Positions 24,854 through 38,875 of a DNA stretch of 64,000 nt are shown here, piece by piece; within the stretch, counting starts at the first letter, position 1; every line of letters starts with the position of its first letter. The DNA lies in contig NC_043001.1 of NCBI RefSeq assembly GCF_006345805.1, positions 59,892,001 to 59,956,000 on the forward strand, read 5' to 3'. This DNA comes from Octopus sinensis. Lineage: Eukaryota. The notes under the pieces are model-generated. The model made no database searches. It saw nothing but the letters and a program-made list of their open reading frames with translations, and had not been told where the DNA came from. The translations under genes were made by a program, and so were the position numbers.

Positions 24854-26945
24854 TAGCTTGGCCTTGCTTGATATCGCTGCTAATCTACTGTTGAAAACTT
24901 AAAGAATTTCAAGTGAAATGCATTCATATATATACGCTTATAAATTGAGGGCATAATCGTTAAAATGATTATACCAGCGTATAAAATCCACTATATCAGT
25001 AAAATCAATATTTAAGTATATAATTATAAACATATAATTATAATTAAGGGCTTTGGAGGGGCAATTTAGACTAGTACATGTCAAATGTCTACAAACTACT
25101 CTAAATTTGTCCTCCTTTTTTAACACAAGGCTGATTAGTGTAAAGTAATTTTCATGGCACGAAATCTTAAGTTTTAGAGTTGTTCGAAAGTTTATAAATC
25201 TTCTCCATTTCCTCGCTTTCAGCAATGTGTTAAGAAACAATGTCCCATATATACATACATATATACATATAAACATATATACATATAAACATATAAACAT
25301 ATATACATATACACATACATGTATACATATATACATATATATATGAGAAAGAGCGTGGGAGGGCGAGAGAGAGACAAAGAGACAGTAAGACACAGACAGA
25401 CATAAAGATAGATAGATAAATAGATAGATAGATAGATAGATGTTGTAATCCCTGGGCGGGGATTTTCCACTAAATAGTGTTATATCATACATGGTCTTCA
25501 TGTTGCAACCTATATTTAAATTCTTTCCGTCATAAACATACACCACTTAAGTGGATCCGTGGAAGTTATGATGTGTTGCAGGGGCGCTCAAATTTGAAGG
25601 CAAACTTCTTGTTGCAGAAACCACTGTGACAGTCTTTACGGAACTCTATTTCTTTTATTATTGATAAATTGTCATATACCCAAAGCATACACACGCACAC
25701 ACTCTTACATATACAAATATGCATGCTCACACACACACATGCCACTTCTTCGTGAGGCAGCAATATTTTACTATGTGTCGCTGTAATTGTATCTATGTAA
25801 GATATTTACAAACGACCATTTTGTTTGAATGGAATTATACTATTCTCATATGGCGCTAAGCTTCAATGACTTCACTTCACAGATGATTTAAACCATCAGC
25901 GTGGAGCAAGAATTTAGTTATGATCGTATTAACTGGTGATTTTAACTTATGAACCTTTTATGTAATTGCTAGTCAAGCAAATCATACTATATTCACACAT
26001 TGTTGATTCATTTCAACTCGCTACCACAAGTGTTCCGTGTCCTGTCATTTTTCATTTAGAAATGCGAATACAATGAAAATTTACTGCAGCTTCTCTAGTT
26101 ATCCAAGCGATCTTCCTGCCAGTTTTCCTCCATTACACATAACATCAATACGATAACAGGCACAACTAACGCAATCGGAGAACCGTGAAGGAAAATCAGT
26201 CTTGTACGAGAACCGTTTGCTTTGGAAATGGTTCGTCTTTTTATTGTTTTGATTATTTGGTAAATATTTCGAGCATTTACTAACTAGTGTGGTTTGTGCT
26301 AAGTGCAATTCTACATACACAATTCAGTGAACTCAATTGTTTAGGAAGATTCCATTCCATCATTTTTTTCCTTTTTGTCATTGTGTACCGTCCATAAATA
26401 TATTCACCAAAATATTTTTTTTAATTACATTTCTGCCAGAATTGTACTTGGAGCATTGCCACACACATTTTAATGTTTCTTTTCACAACAATATATATGA
26501 AAATTTAATGGCATCACCAAAATAGACATCTGTTCCAGCACGTTTCAATATATTGAAATATAGGTAATTAATACTGTAATCAATAATCATAAGATAATTA
26601 TCCTTTATTGATATAATTCAGATATATCAAATAATGATTGAATTTAAAACAGAAAATGAAAAAAACAAATTATCTATAAGAACACATTTTCGTGACATTG
26701 TATCACAAAATATGTTTGATATTAGATTGACTTATAATGAAATATTACGTGTTATTGCATTAATTTTCAATATATTCTTATGTGATATTCGTATGGTTTT
26801 CTCTAGACAAATCGATCGAGGAGATTGATCAACCACAACCTCGGTAAAAAAAAATCATTGTATCCAATTGGGTTAGATATTATTTGACTGTATAGGTGTC
26901 GGATTTGTTGTATACTTTTTTATTCATAATACACACACACACACA

Positions 26946-26997
<52 letters not shown>

Positions 26998-27937
26998 CTA
27001 TCTCTCACACACACACATTCTCACACATACAAGCAAACAAATTCAAGGAATATAATGACTATAAATTATTACCTATGCAAGATTTATTGTTGATACAGAC
27101 TGTAGCACACACACTCGCAGACACAAATTATAGAGTTATGTGACAAATGATTTTTGTCTTAGTGATATTGCTTTCATCTACCTGGCTCGATCGTCTATTA
27201 TATGTCAGCATTACCTGTTGCAAATTAATCATCTATAAGAATCTCACAATAAAATATGTGAAATTTTGTTACATCTGAATTTATCTAATCACAATCATGC
27301 ACGGCTATTTCACTTAATGGGAGGATTATTTTTTTTATGATAATAATAAAACACCCCCTTTCAGTAATGAATCTATAGAACTTTACTCTATTTCTTAGAC
27401 ATATATTTACACAAGTTACATAAAATAATTCAGTCTTGCGTTACTAGAGTTTTGGCAAAATGCTAATCACCAACATTTGTTGCTATCAAAATATCACCAG
27501 GTTTTTGGGAAAACTATTTTTTGTTATGGCTTGCTAATCTGCTAGACTATTTCCGTTGACAAAGAAAAATTGAAAGCAAACGGAGCATTATATAAGCATA
27601 CGGGAAATTACATGAATATATCAAGCAAAAGAGTTTGATTTCGCTGTATGTAATCGATTAAACTCTATGTTCACAGCAAAAGAAAACATATTTTACTTCG
27701 ACCTTAAGGGCTTACTTTATAATTTTTTATGTAGTTGCAATCTTCCTAATCGTTAATGGTATATTAAGTAACTAGCTGAACTAGAATAACAAATTTATAG
27801 ATTGAATATTGCCAGCAGGTCAATGATTACCACTTTTTCACTTTAAATGTATAGCATACAAGATTTATGTATGCATGTATGTATGTTTGCATGTATGTAT
27901 GTACGTATGTATCAATCATTCTACATATCTATACACA

Positions 27938-27968
<31 letters not shown>

Positions 27969-28563
27969 TATATAATATATATATATATATATAATATATA
28001 TATATATATATTATATATATATATTATATATATATACATACATATATACATACATACATGCTTCTGTGTGTATGTATGTGCGTGCAATATCTATGTTCAA
28101 CATATCCGGTATTAGGAAACCTATCAAGAATTAAAAATAATTACTCTGTTTTTGTGTCATTCCTTAGAGAATTTTAAATAGATATAAATGCATGTTTATC
28201 TTTTCGGCCAGTGAAATATAAAAAGTTGGATTCTCTTCTCATGTTTGGAAATGTACTTTTCTTCTCCACAGGAGAAGTAGATCACCTTCCTCTGTCCATG
28301 ATAAGAGATTGTTATGACGCGTTCCACCATTTGTTAGCTACTCATCAGTTTCCATCTACATACTATATTATCATAACGCAGGGTAAAATATATCCTAACC
28401 CGATTGGTAGTGCGATAGCTTGATAAAGTACGAATCCTTATATATGTGTGTGAATATCACTTCTGTGTAAGTATATGTATACATACACATGAATACACAC
28501 ACACACACACACACCACACACACATATATATATATATATATAATATATATATATATATTATAT

Positions 28564-29372
28564 AGAGGGCATTATTACATATAAATGCCTCTTTCTACCA
28601 AAAATTTTACTAATCATACCCAATGCAGTTTTTCAAAGCAAGACATTTAAAAAATGAATTTAGTCTTATATCACCTGTGATTTCGCACTCACCGCAGAAG
28701 AATTTGCGTCCATGCTCATCAGTAAGACTGATTCTGAACATATCATAAATAAACGACCAGTACCGTCGAAGTCGAACAGCCAACTGCCATTTCTAACGAA
28801 GCACATGGAGAAGTTTACAAATCATATATCCGGTAAATGGCGGGCTTCTACGAACTGCATTTCGGATAGGAAAAGTTTTTTCGGAATAAATTTAACAATT
28901 AAGGATAACTTCTTAATAAGGAATCTTAACAAGAAATTATAAGGTAGATAACGTGAAAAACCTCATAAGAGAAAAATTTCGAAAATAATTCTTTCTTATT
29001 GAACATATTAATTTATATTATATGGAGGGCATTATTACATATATTATATAGAGGGCATTATTACATATAAATGCCTCACGCTAATAATATAAATTAATAT
29101 GTTCAATAAGAAAGAATTATTTTCGACATTTTAAATGCCTTGCTTTGAAAAACTGCATTGGGTATGATTAGTAAAATTTTTGGTAGAAATGACTTATGTC
29201 CCTCTTAGCGTGAGGCATTTATATGTAATAATGCCCTCTATATAATATAAATTAATATGTTCAATAAGAAAGAATTATTTTCGAAATTTTTCTCTTATGA
29301 GGTTTTTCACGCTATCTACCTGATAATTTCTTGTTAAGATTCCTTATTAAGAAGTTATCCTTAATTGTTAAA
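28564..29372. mobile_element. Rearranged inverted/tandem copies of an HHR-bearing pLTR-like family between (TA)n tracts
   Basis: gagggcattattacatat recurs at about 28564, 29025, 29050 and inverted at about 29211-29240. 28890-29040 is inverted at 29220-29372, and 28588-28650 is inverted at 29130-29190. A second family member lies at 42905-43090. Confidence 0.75.
28662..28729 (-). ncRNA. Type-I hammerhead ribozyme, intact core
   Basis: Reverse complement: AGTCTTA CTGATGA GCA..CGCA...TGCG..TGC GAAA TCAC ag GTGA TA|TAAGACT. Confidence 0.85.
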
Positions 29373-29406
29373 TATATATATATATATAAAACCAGCTTAG
29401 AGAAGA

Positions 29407-30530
29407 AGAAGAAGAAACGAAACGAATCGAATCGGTGCGAGGGCGCTCAGTCATACAATAGTGTAATAAATAAAATATATGCATACATACAAACATATAT
29501 GTACGTACCTACATCTACATGTATATATACATGCATATATAAATATATATACGTGTGAACAGGACACCACAAATAGGCGTAGAACTCAATGAGAAACGAA
29601 AAAGTAAAAACAGCATGGAACGGACCATTTTTTTAACAACGAAAAATCTGAGTACAAGACAACTACATGAGGAAAAATCCCCTTCATCAGCTGTCCCTAG
29701 TTCAACTCCAGCGTGTTTTGAAGGTGAGGACAGAACACGTCTCGTCGAACTAGTCCTTCCTGCGAAAGAATTAAATAAAATTCCTTTTGCAGATGGGGAA
29801 AAAACAAGGAAACAAATGTGACAAAAACAGGACGTAAAAACAATACAATTAAAAACAAATACAAAATGAAAATACAATTACAAAAAATACAATACAAGAA
29901 GGAATAGAAACAGGACAGGAAAACAAATATTGAGGGCCTATAAGCCTAGACGAGGAAAAAATTTTCACGAGCGCAGGAAGAAACATGTTTACTTGAAGAA
30001 GACCGCCAGCGAAAGGAAAATCGTCGACCCGGCTGTGAGAGAGATGAGGAGGAGTGTGAGAGAGGGAGAGATAGAGAGGAAGGAAGCCAAAGAGGGTGAA
30101 AGAAAGAGAGAAGAAGAGTTATAGAGTTTCGCGTCATAATTATATATAAAATCCAACTTAGAGGTGAAGAAGAAACGAAACGAAACGAAACGAATCGAAT
30201 CGAATCGACGCGAGGGCGCTCAGTCATAAAATAGTGTAATAAATCAAATATATGCATACATACAAACATATATGTACTTACCTACATCAACATGTATATA
30301 TACATGCATATATAAATATATATACGTGTGTACAGGACACTACAAATAGACGTAGAACTCAACGAGAAACGAAAAAGTAAAAACAGCATGGAACGGACCA
30401 TTTTTTAACAACGAAAAAAACAGAGTACAAGACAACTACACATGGAAAAATCCCCTTCATCAGCTGTCCCCAGTTCAACTCCAGCGTGTTTCGAACGTGA
30501 GGACAGAATACGTCTCGTCGAACTAGTCCT
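29407..30530 (-). mobile_element. Tandem direct repeat (about 350-bp copies, period about 773 bp), pLTR-like, with a variant HHR-like motif
   Basis: 29407-29757 matches 30165-30530. Reverse complement of copy 2: CTAGTT CGACGA GACGT...ACGTTC GAAA C..G TT GAACTGG, then a downstream CTGATGA. Related fragment at 50231-50420. Confidence 0.7.
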
Positions 30531-30532
30531 AT

Positions 30533-30627
<95 letters not shown>

Positions 30628-30637
30628 AATAAAAGTA

Positions 30638-30844
30638 AATTTGTGTATTATAGTGTAATTTGTGTATTATAAATGGAGTTGAACGAAGATGCTATTAAAA
30701 TTATTTTACTTTCGACAAATGTCTCGAAGACAACATGGTATTATTCCTTTGTCTTCGAAACATATGTCGAAAGGAAAAGAATTTTAATAACATCTTCGTT
30801 CAACTCCATTTATAATACACAAATTACACTATAATACACAAATT
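30638..30844. repeat. Fold-back palindrome containing an HHR 3' half (GAAA CATATG TC GAAAG at 30757-30773)
   Basis: Arms aatttgtgtattatagtg...gacaa / ttgtc...cacaaatt. The same family recurs at 53278-53535. Confidence 0.8.
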
Positions 30845-31111
30845 ACTGCACATTAACCCGGAGTTTCTACCTTTGAATAAGTCGCTTCATCCTTGTTACT
30901 TGCGTGAATTTTACTACTCTGGTAACTGTTTATTGAATTTTCCATGTTAACGGTCATTAAAGGATAATTCATTCATCCATTTAAATATATATATATATAT
31001 ATATATATATACATGTGCGTATGTATATGTATACATATACATGAATACATACATATATATATATAATATATATGTGTGTGTGTATTTTTTGTATACATAT
31101 ACACGAATACA

Positions 31112-31146
<35 letters not shown>

Positions 31147-31434
31147 GTATGTATTTTCTTAAAGGCGTCCTATCGGGCGGTTTTCAAGCTAACTCCAGTG
31201 CAGGACTCAACAATGATACTTCATGCATTGTGTACATATAAAATTTTATTGAACTTGAACAATATTTTTCAAGCAATGAACAATTTTCATTAAAGTAATG
31301 ATACAATTTGTCGACTTGGAACTTATTGCAAAGCTGCATGATAGACATTTTTTACCTTCACATTCGGGATCAGTGCAAATAGCTTGTTTCCAACAAAAGT
31401 TCGTGTATGAAATTGATCTTTTTTAACTTCAATT

Positions 31435-31745
31435 AGAAGAGTAAACCTATGTATATAATAACACTGAGAAAATGAGAAAGGGTAAAAGTAATTACCCGAT
31501 CAACGAAGGGTATTACTGCTAGTGCATATATATAGAGATTAAATGAACATTTGAGACAATATGACGACAAAAATAACAGTACTCCATACTCTACCAACAT
31601 GTCAAGCACGAACATGGAAGCAACTCGGGTCAACTTGACATCCGCATTATATCCAAGCGCCCAAATGAACCAACACTCAGACAAATACAGGAGTACGTCC
31701 TCATAAATGAAACACCCTCAGTACTAAATAGGAAATATACGTAGT
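31435..31745 (+). pseudogene. Penelope-like GIY-YIG endonuclease relic
   Basis: ...RLNEHLRQY / SILYQHVKHEHGSNSGQLDIRIISKRPNEPTLRQIQEYVLINETPSVLNRK. Confidence 0.6.
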
Positions 31746-31783
31746 AGGTAATCATACCCCCATACTCACAGTTTATATTTATA

Positions 31784-32467
31784 CTAGCAGAGATACCCGG
31801 CGTTGCTTGAGGTTAAAATGAATGGCATAGTTTGTATCAAATATATTAGTTATGTTGAAACTGGTGATATGGGAAAGTACAGCATTGACAACAAAACATT
31901 TGTTGAGTAAATGATGGGTTAATTCGAACAAGCAACTTACTATGCGTCCGTTTGGAGTATTTCAGGCCCTAACCTGTCACGAAAAATTGGGGAGGGGGTT
32001 ATGTAATTTTTGGAGACACCGAAAGCTGTCAGTGAATATACCTTCTTTTGTAGCAGTCGGTGCTGTATATAACACGACCAATCATCTGAAATTTTGACAC
32101 CTCCTTCGGGTTCATTGTCCTACATCACTCATAATGTAAATTAAGAGGAACTGTGGTTGTTCATTTTTGGGTAACAGGGAATCAATGAGGTGATAGACTT
32201 GCCCTTGAAATTTGACGTCGGCGTAAATTCATGTTCAAATATTTTCTTAGATGCAGTAAACGATGTCATTTGAAATGCAGAATTGTATTTCTGATATTAT
32301 TCAGAAAATTATTTGACTGGATGGAAGTGTCTTCTAGAAGATCCACAAAAAGTTGAGAAGGAGCTGGTAGTGCTTGCAATGTAACCTGACCGCCTGAGCA
32401 GCACATACCATTTGTTTCATTTGGAAATTTTAAACATCTACAGAAACGACAATTTGTGTTTAGCACA
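31784..32467 (-). mobile_element. Internally deleted Helitron (N-terminal Cys-rich RepHel region joined to the 3' end)
   Basis: CRFCRCLKFPNETNGMCCSGGQVTL...FLNNIR/YNSAFQMTSF...QGQVYHLI. Terminus on the reverse complement: gcaacgccgggtatctctgCTAG|T. Confidence 0.8.
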
Positions 32468-32625
32468 CGAAATACGAGATAACCCACCTATACCTGGATA
32501 TAACTCACTCAACAAGAACTCACAACTTCAATGGACTATGATACAACAAAACGTGACTTAAAATGATTCAAATAATCCTATCAGGTGGTACTATTAAGTT
32601 AGACATGGCCTGGACCAAACTTTGG
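32468..32625 (+). mobile_element. Inverted copy of the 3' end of the adjacent CR1-group LINE
   Basis: Reverse complement of 33297-33452 (ggaccaaactt / aagtttggtcc). Confidence 0.75.
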
Positions 32626-32650
32626 TTGAAACATATCTAAGTTATCTAAG

Positions 32651-32702
<52 letters not shown>

Positions 32703-33296
32703 CTATATATGGAAAAGAATATCTGAAGGATATTTATTTAGAATTCGAAAACAGATTATGGCTGTTAAATGGTAAAGAACATTAGAGTAGTCTCTATTCT
32801 CCCTACTCCACTAGATTCAGCCTACTAACTTTAGCTAAAATACATTCAAATAAGCCAAAGTTAAATTCCTCACAATGAGGATGGATTTATGGCTTTGACA
32901 TTTGTACTACCCCTTCCTCTAAATGTAAATAGAAAAAAATCTTGTTTGTCTCTATTGAACCAAATATAGAAGCCCCCTCCCCATTGATAATCTAAATAAC
33001 AAAGTGAACTCAGTGATAAAAAATCTACAGATGGAGAAGGACCTTCTACTACCATGTTCTTAATGATAAAATTGACCTCTCTGTCTATATATCTACCCTC
33101 TTTGTAATGTTGGCAATTGAGATAAGTATAAAAATGTACATTGTCCATTTAATTAAAAAAAATCTATATGTGGCTGAAGATTGCTTTACATTTTTAAACT
33201 GATGTAATACTTAAATTGTTTAATAAAATGAAGTAGCAAGAAACGATTGTACTACACAACCTTGAATATCCTTGTTGCTTATTTTGATATATATCG

Positions 33297-36200
33297 AAAG
33301 TTTGGTCCAGGCCATGTATAACTTAATTGCACCACCTGATAGGATTATCTGAATCCTTTTAAGTCAAGTTTTGTGGTATCATGGTCCATTGAAGTAGTGA
33401 GTTCTTCTTGAATGAGTTAAATCCAGGTATAGGTGGCTTATCTCGTATTTCTTGGTGAAATTTGTCCAGATTCCGTTTAAAGGTGATGGGATCCTTTTCC
33501 TCTTTGATCAGTTTTGGGACAATGTCAAACAGGGTAGGGCTTGATGAGGAAAATAAAGTGTCGCAGTGTACCTATATGTTGTGATCCTGAATTGGGCAGG
33601 GGACGTATGACCCGTGTTCCCACACTTGGATGAACCTTGAAGCTATTGTCCAGGTTGTTTGGCCAATACTGGCGGTATATTCTCTACATCGTGCAAATGA
33701 TGTACCGATCGCAACACGCTGAGAGAGTAGTTTCAAGGCTTTACGGCGGTCCCAGTAATCGAGATCAGTCATGCCTTTAATTATTTTAGTGAGTGTCCCC
33801 CGGGGGGCGATTCAATTTTCGAGATGTTTCGTTTTCTATGGGGAGACCACAGGCGGAAGCAATATTCGAGGTATGGCCGTACAAAGGAGGAAAAAAGTCG
33901 AATGATGACAACGTGTTCTCTGAACCGGAAGGTTCTTAAGATCCAGGAGCTCATCTTACGAGCTATAACAACCTTGTTGTTGATGTGGGCACTCCAACTG
34001 AGATTGTTATCAACAATTACTCTTAGGTTTCAGATATTATTAGATGCTATGGCTGTTTTAGTATAGTCTTTCTTCCAAAATACATCACCTAAAATGTTCC
34101 CTCGTTTATTTGCATTTTGTTTTGTCTGTATATAGATCAGACTGGGTCTTCTTTTTCATTGATGATTTGCTGGAGCTTAGTGTCATCAGCAAATATTTTC
34201 GTTTTGCAGTGTTTTACGACGCTGGAAATGTCGTTTATGTAGATTATAAAGAGGAGCGGGACCAAGACAGTCCCCTGAGGGACACCATTGGTGACTTTTG
34301 CTGGGCTTGAGTGGACTCCATCGACCACAACATGTTGTGTTCTATTCTCCAGGAAATACTCAATCCGGTGTAAAAGTTTCCCACGGATTCTAACATTTGC
34401 CAATTTTGAGAGTAAGATATTATGGCTAACCCTATCAAACGCTTTACTGAAGTCAAGATATATGACATCAGAGTTCGAATCTGTTCCCAAAGCTTTAAGT
34501 ATATCCTCAATGTGGTGTAAGAGCTGTGTTAGACAGTCCCTGCCACAGCGAAAGCGATGCTGACTTGCATTCAGGACTTTGTGGATCTCCAGGAAGCCAG
34601 CTATCCTTGATCTTATCACTCTTACAAACACTTCAATGATGTGCGAGGTGAGTGAGATTGGGCGATAGTTGACCGTGAGCGATCTGTTTCCCTGTTTGAA
34701 AACCAGGATGACAGACTGGGATAGGAGCTGATTCGGTATATAACCTGAGCCTAAAGAATTTCTCCAGAGGTTGGTCAGATGGACAAGTTGGTGTCTACCT
34801 TCCTTCAGGAGATTAGCGGGGAACCTACCAGGACCTACAACAGAATAGTATTTGACCTCATTTATTGCTGCTACGATGTCTGAGGCAGGGAAGGTTATGT
34901 CCGAGATTTTATGTTGGGAATCACCTTCGTTTGATTCATTTACGTCAATATCAGTGGGATCACTAAAGACAGAGCAGTATTGTTTCTGCCATTTCTTAAG
35001 CATTGTATTGAGGAATGCGGTTATCATCGACCAAAGGCCCAATAGGTGAGACAAAACAGAACACTTTTGAGTTCTGTTTGATATTTTTGATTACCCAGTG
35101 TTCCTCTGCAGTTCTTTGATTTTCAATGGAGGCTTTCATGTCGGTCTGCAGATGAAGGTTTTCGAACTCCAGCATCTTCATTGTTGTTGAATATGGATGT
35201 TGTATGTGGGAGTATTTTAATTGGTTGATTTCTTTTATTGAGTCTTTTGATGCGCCTGATCAGGGTTTTTTTCTGTCTAGGGATCTGGTTTCTGTTTGTG
35301 TTAGTGGATTTCGTAGGAGCGTATTTTGAGCATGTATAGGTGACAATGCCATGCAGTCGCAATGTGAGTGGAACTGAGAGTGAAGGAAAAGTCGATGACT
35401 GCCAGATACTTTCTGATTGCTGCTCAGTCCGCTTTGTGGAAGTTTAGGTTGTCAAATAAGTGCAGTGGAGTGGGGTCGGCTGGTTTGGTTTTATATATGC
35501 TGGGAATTAAAATTACAGAGTATCATATTGTTGTCTGCGAGGAGACATTTTTCAACTGAAATACTGTGAACGGAATTAGATTGGTTGGTTAATATTAGAT
35601 CCAAGATCGTTTTATTCTGTCTTCTGGGTTTCGAGTCAGGAAAAAATTATCCATTAAGTTAAAGAGTAATTCTGCTGCTGCTTTGTCTGATTTAGAGCAT
35701 TTGCCTAACTTCAGAGAAATTGTGGCCAGTTTATAAGAAGGAGGTTAAAATCACCCATCACTCGTAAGTTTCCTGAGTTGGATTTTTGAAGGGAGGACTT
35801 TATTTTGTCGAGGCAATCTTCAAAGTAGTTTAGGGGTATTTGGGGAGGCCTGTAAAAACCAACAGAGATTATGTCTTTGGTCTTGTTGAATAGTGATATA
35901 GATTCACAATATCCATTAGAAAATATGCCCTTGGCATCAACTGAAAAGGTGTCATGGAGAAAGATGGCTGTCTCCACCTTATTTCGGTCTGTGCGATCTG
36001 CACAGATGATGGTGAAATCTTTTATTTTCGCCTCGGCATCCATACGTGTGCTGTTTAGGTGAGTTTCAGTAAGGATAAAGAAACGGAAGCAATGTGCCGT
36101 TTCGGCAAGCCAACTGTGTATGTATAGGATCTTCCACTTTTTGGCAATGAGTGATGACTGATGCCACGTACATTTAACGGGAATGCCGAGATAAGGGTAG

Positions 36201-36299
36201 TTTGATGTTTGCATTGTTCTAAGAGCCCAGTGTTATCTTTTATTTTGTTTAGAGGTAGCAATGAGGTTCGTTTTTGTATGGAGTTGTGTGTGTGTGTGC

Positions 36300-36338
<39 letters not shown>

Positions 36339-36880
36339 TCTAGTTGGTGGTGGGTGGCTGTTCTTTGCGTTTTTCATAAATGGTTGCTGATAGCTCATTG
36401 GATCTTCTGACTTAGGTCAGCCTTCATATTTTCTAGATAAATTAGTAAAAAAGATTTCCTTCTTTGGTTTGCCACTTGGTCAGATTATGCATAGTTCATG
36501 TAAGTGTTATGGTTTTTCCATAGTTCTGTCTTTGTTGTTTGATTGTAAGAGGTGAAATATGGTTGTATTTCATCTTTGTTGTTGTCGTAGGTCTCCTCTG
36601 TTGCTGTTTATATTTATTTTTCGATCGTTTTGTGCCCTTCAGATGGTGGTGGTTGCATTTTGGGTTGAATTCTGTGTCACTAAGGATATATTCGTTTCTC
36701 CAGGTTGTAGAAATTTGTGTAAATTCATCCTCCGATGATAGTAAAATAGAATAGTAGAATCTAATGGTTCTGGGACTAAAAACAAGGACTGTTACTGCTG
36801 GTTTGAGTTGAAATCTGTCTCTTTGGCTACTGACTGGTCGGAGCTATGAAAAGTACGTCTTGCCACGTTGAATGCCAATA
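33297..36880 (-). mobile_element. CR1/L2-group LINE, degenerate (APE endonuclease plus RT)
   Basis: FFILTETHL, VGFYRPP, VMGDFNL; NYRPISLTS, DVIYLDFSKAFDRV, GVPQGTVL, IFADDTKL; the 3' UTR is shared with 46020-46075. Confidence 0.9.
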
Positions 36881-36939
36881 TGTATATATATATACATACA
36901 CATAAAATCAAAATAAGCAACAAAATATCAAGTAGTGAC

Positions 36940-37023
36940 GCAGTACGACCGTTTCAAGTGGCTCCATTTAATTGAACAATACAATCATTACATCAATTTA
37001 AATACAGTGCCATCTTCAGCTGC
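36940..37023 (-). ncRNA. Hammerhead ribozyme-like motif with extended helix II
   Basis: Reverse complement: GCAG CTGAAGA TGGC...GCCA ctt GAAA CGGTCG TA|CTGC. Confidence 0.6.
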
Positions 37024-37884
37024 TCAAATAAATAAGTAGAATTTTAACCAGTAGGGCATTTCAATATAATTGTTTTTCAAACATTTTAACAGATCAAGAA
37101 GATGGAAGAAATTCATGTTGCCTCTATTGCCTCTAATAACTTCCAAGAATCGCATGAAGCCTATTGGATTCATAGTGTTGTAAGGGATGGCAATTCATTT
37201 CTAATTCATTTATCTCTTTATCAACTACTAAATCTAAGACTAGAAGACTGTATATTTTGAAGAAAGGGCAAGAGTGAGTTGAGAGACTATGGCTAGGTAT
37301 GATCATAAATATTATCATATGTATCCCATTTCCTCAGGGAGAAAAGAAGACATTAGGAGTAGACAATTGGATATAAAGTAAATGTCTATAAAAAAAAGGC
37401 TGGGTAGGGGAAGACTTTAAATCATAATGTTAATTACTAGCTAAAGGGACAAGATACTAAGAAACCTAAGATGTTAATACAGAGGAAATTTTATTTTGAG
37501 GCACTATGGGGGGGGGGTTATTTATAAACAATATTGTTATATTGTGTAACAAATAAAATTTAAGATTTTCAAAAATGACATCATAACCAAAATAGGTAAA
37601 ATGTGTGTATATATCGATTATAAACATTTAAAAGTAAAGATTATACAGAATCTGTTTAATATTCATTCATTTACTTAAATAATTGCTTATTAGGAGGTTT
37701 CTATAAAGATTGCTTAGGGCATTACTTATGGGATAACTGGAAAGGTAAACATGCTATCTATTAATTTTAAGCTGTGAATATTATTCAAAATACGCCAATT
37801 GATTTTAATTTAACAAGGTCCTATACATGCATGTGTACACACACATACATACATATATATATATATTCATTGTTAATAAATAAT

Positions 37885-38875
37885 ACTGGAATGTCAGACG
37901 TTCAGGAGTATGAAAGGAGCCTTTGACATTGTCCCTTACTCATGAATGCTAGAAGCACTTCAACTTGCTAATGTTCCAGTGAACATAGTCAAGGCCAGAG
38001 CTGACCTTACTTTATCATGGCCACCATCTTGAAATTAGACATAAAGAGTGATTGTATTACCAGTGATAGAATACTGTATCGTGGAGGCATATTCCAAGGG
38101 GACAGCTTCTCTGTGATGTCGTTTATACTTTCTGTAAGCCCCTTGTCATCCACGTTAAGGAAGTCTGAAGGATAGCTCACTGGTTCACAAGGAAACAGAA
38201 ATACCAAAAATTATGCACCGTTTCTTTGTGGATGACTAGAAAATATATGCCAAGACGATGCATGAAATGAAAAAGTGCCTTGACCTGGTTACAACATTCT
38301 CAAAGGATATGGGGCTGAAGTTTTGTGAGGATAAATGTTACTAAATGGTTGAGAAAAGAGGGAAAATATATCTTAGTATGGTACCTGTAACAAACTACGT
38401 GTCACTAAAGAGTATTACAAGCAAATAAAGAAAATTTAGACCTCGGAACACTCTTTATTCCACAAAATAGTGGCTCACAATGTGTTTGCTGTGACGGCAC
38501 TCATACCAACATTTGGGCTGTTTCATTGGACGCTTAATGAAATCTGAGCTATTGATGTGAAAACCTGGTAGAGACTAACTAGCACACATAATTTCCATAT
38601 CAACAGTGACGTAGACTGCCTCTATCTAAAACGAAAACAAGGTGACAGAGGCTTAACATCGAGCCAGGCTGCCTTTGAATGGCCCATCATATCTCTCCGG
38701 CAACATCTGTTAACCACCAAATGAAGTGCATTCCTTGATCAAGTTTGCATACATGAACATGATAACATCCTAATACATGGAGAGCAGCTTCTTGAGCAGC
38801 ATTCCTTGTCAGATAACATTAAATACATGCCCAAAGATGTCGTACAACTGTACTACAATGTATTATTAAAGGACG
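37885..38875 (+). mobile_element. Old R4/Dong-like RT relic
   Basis: GIFQGDSFS, RFFVDD*KIYAK, HNFHINSDVDCLYLKRKQGDRGL; many stops and frameshifts. Confidence 0.75.
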
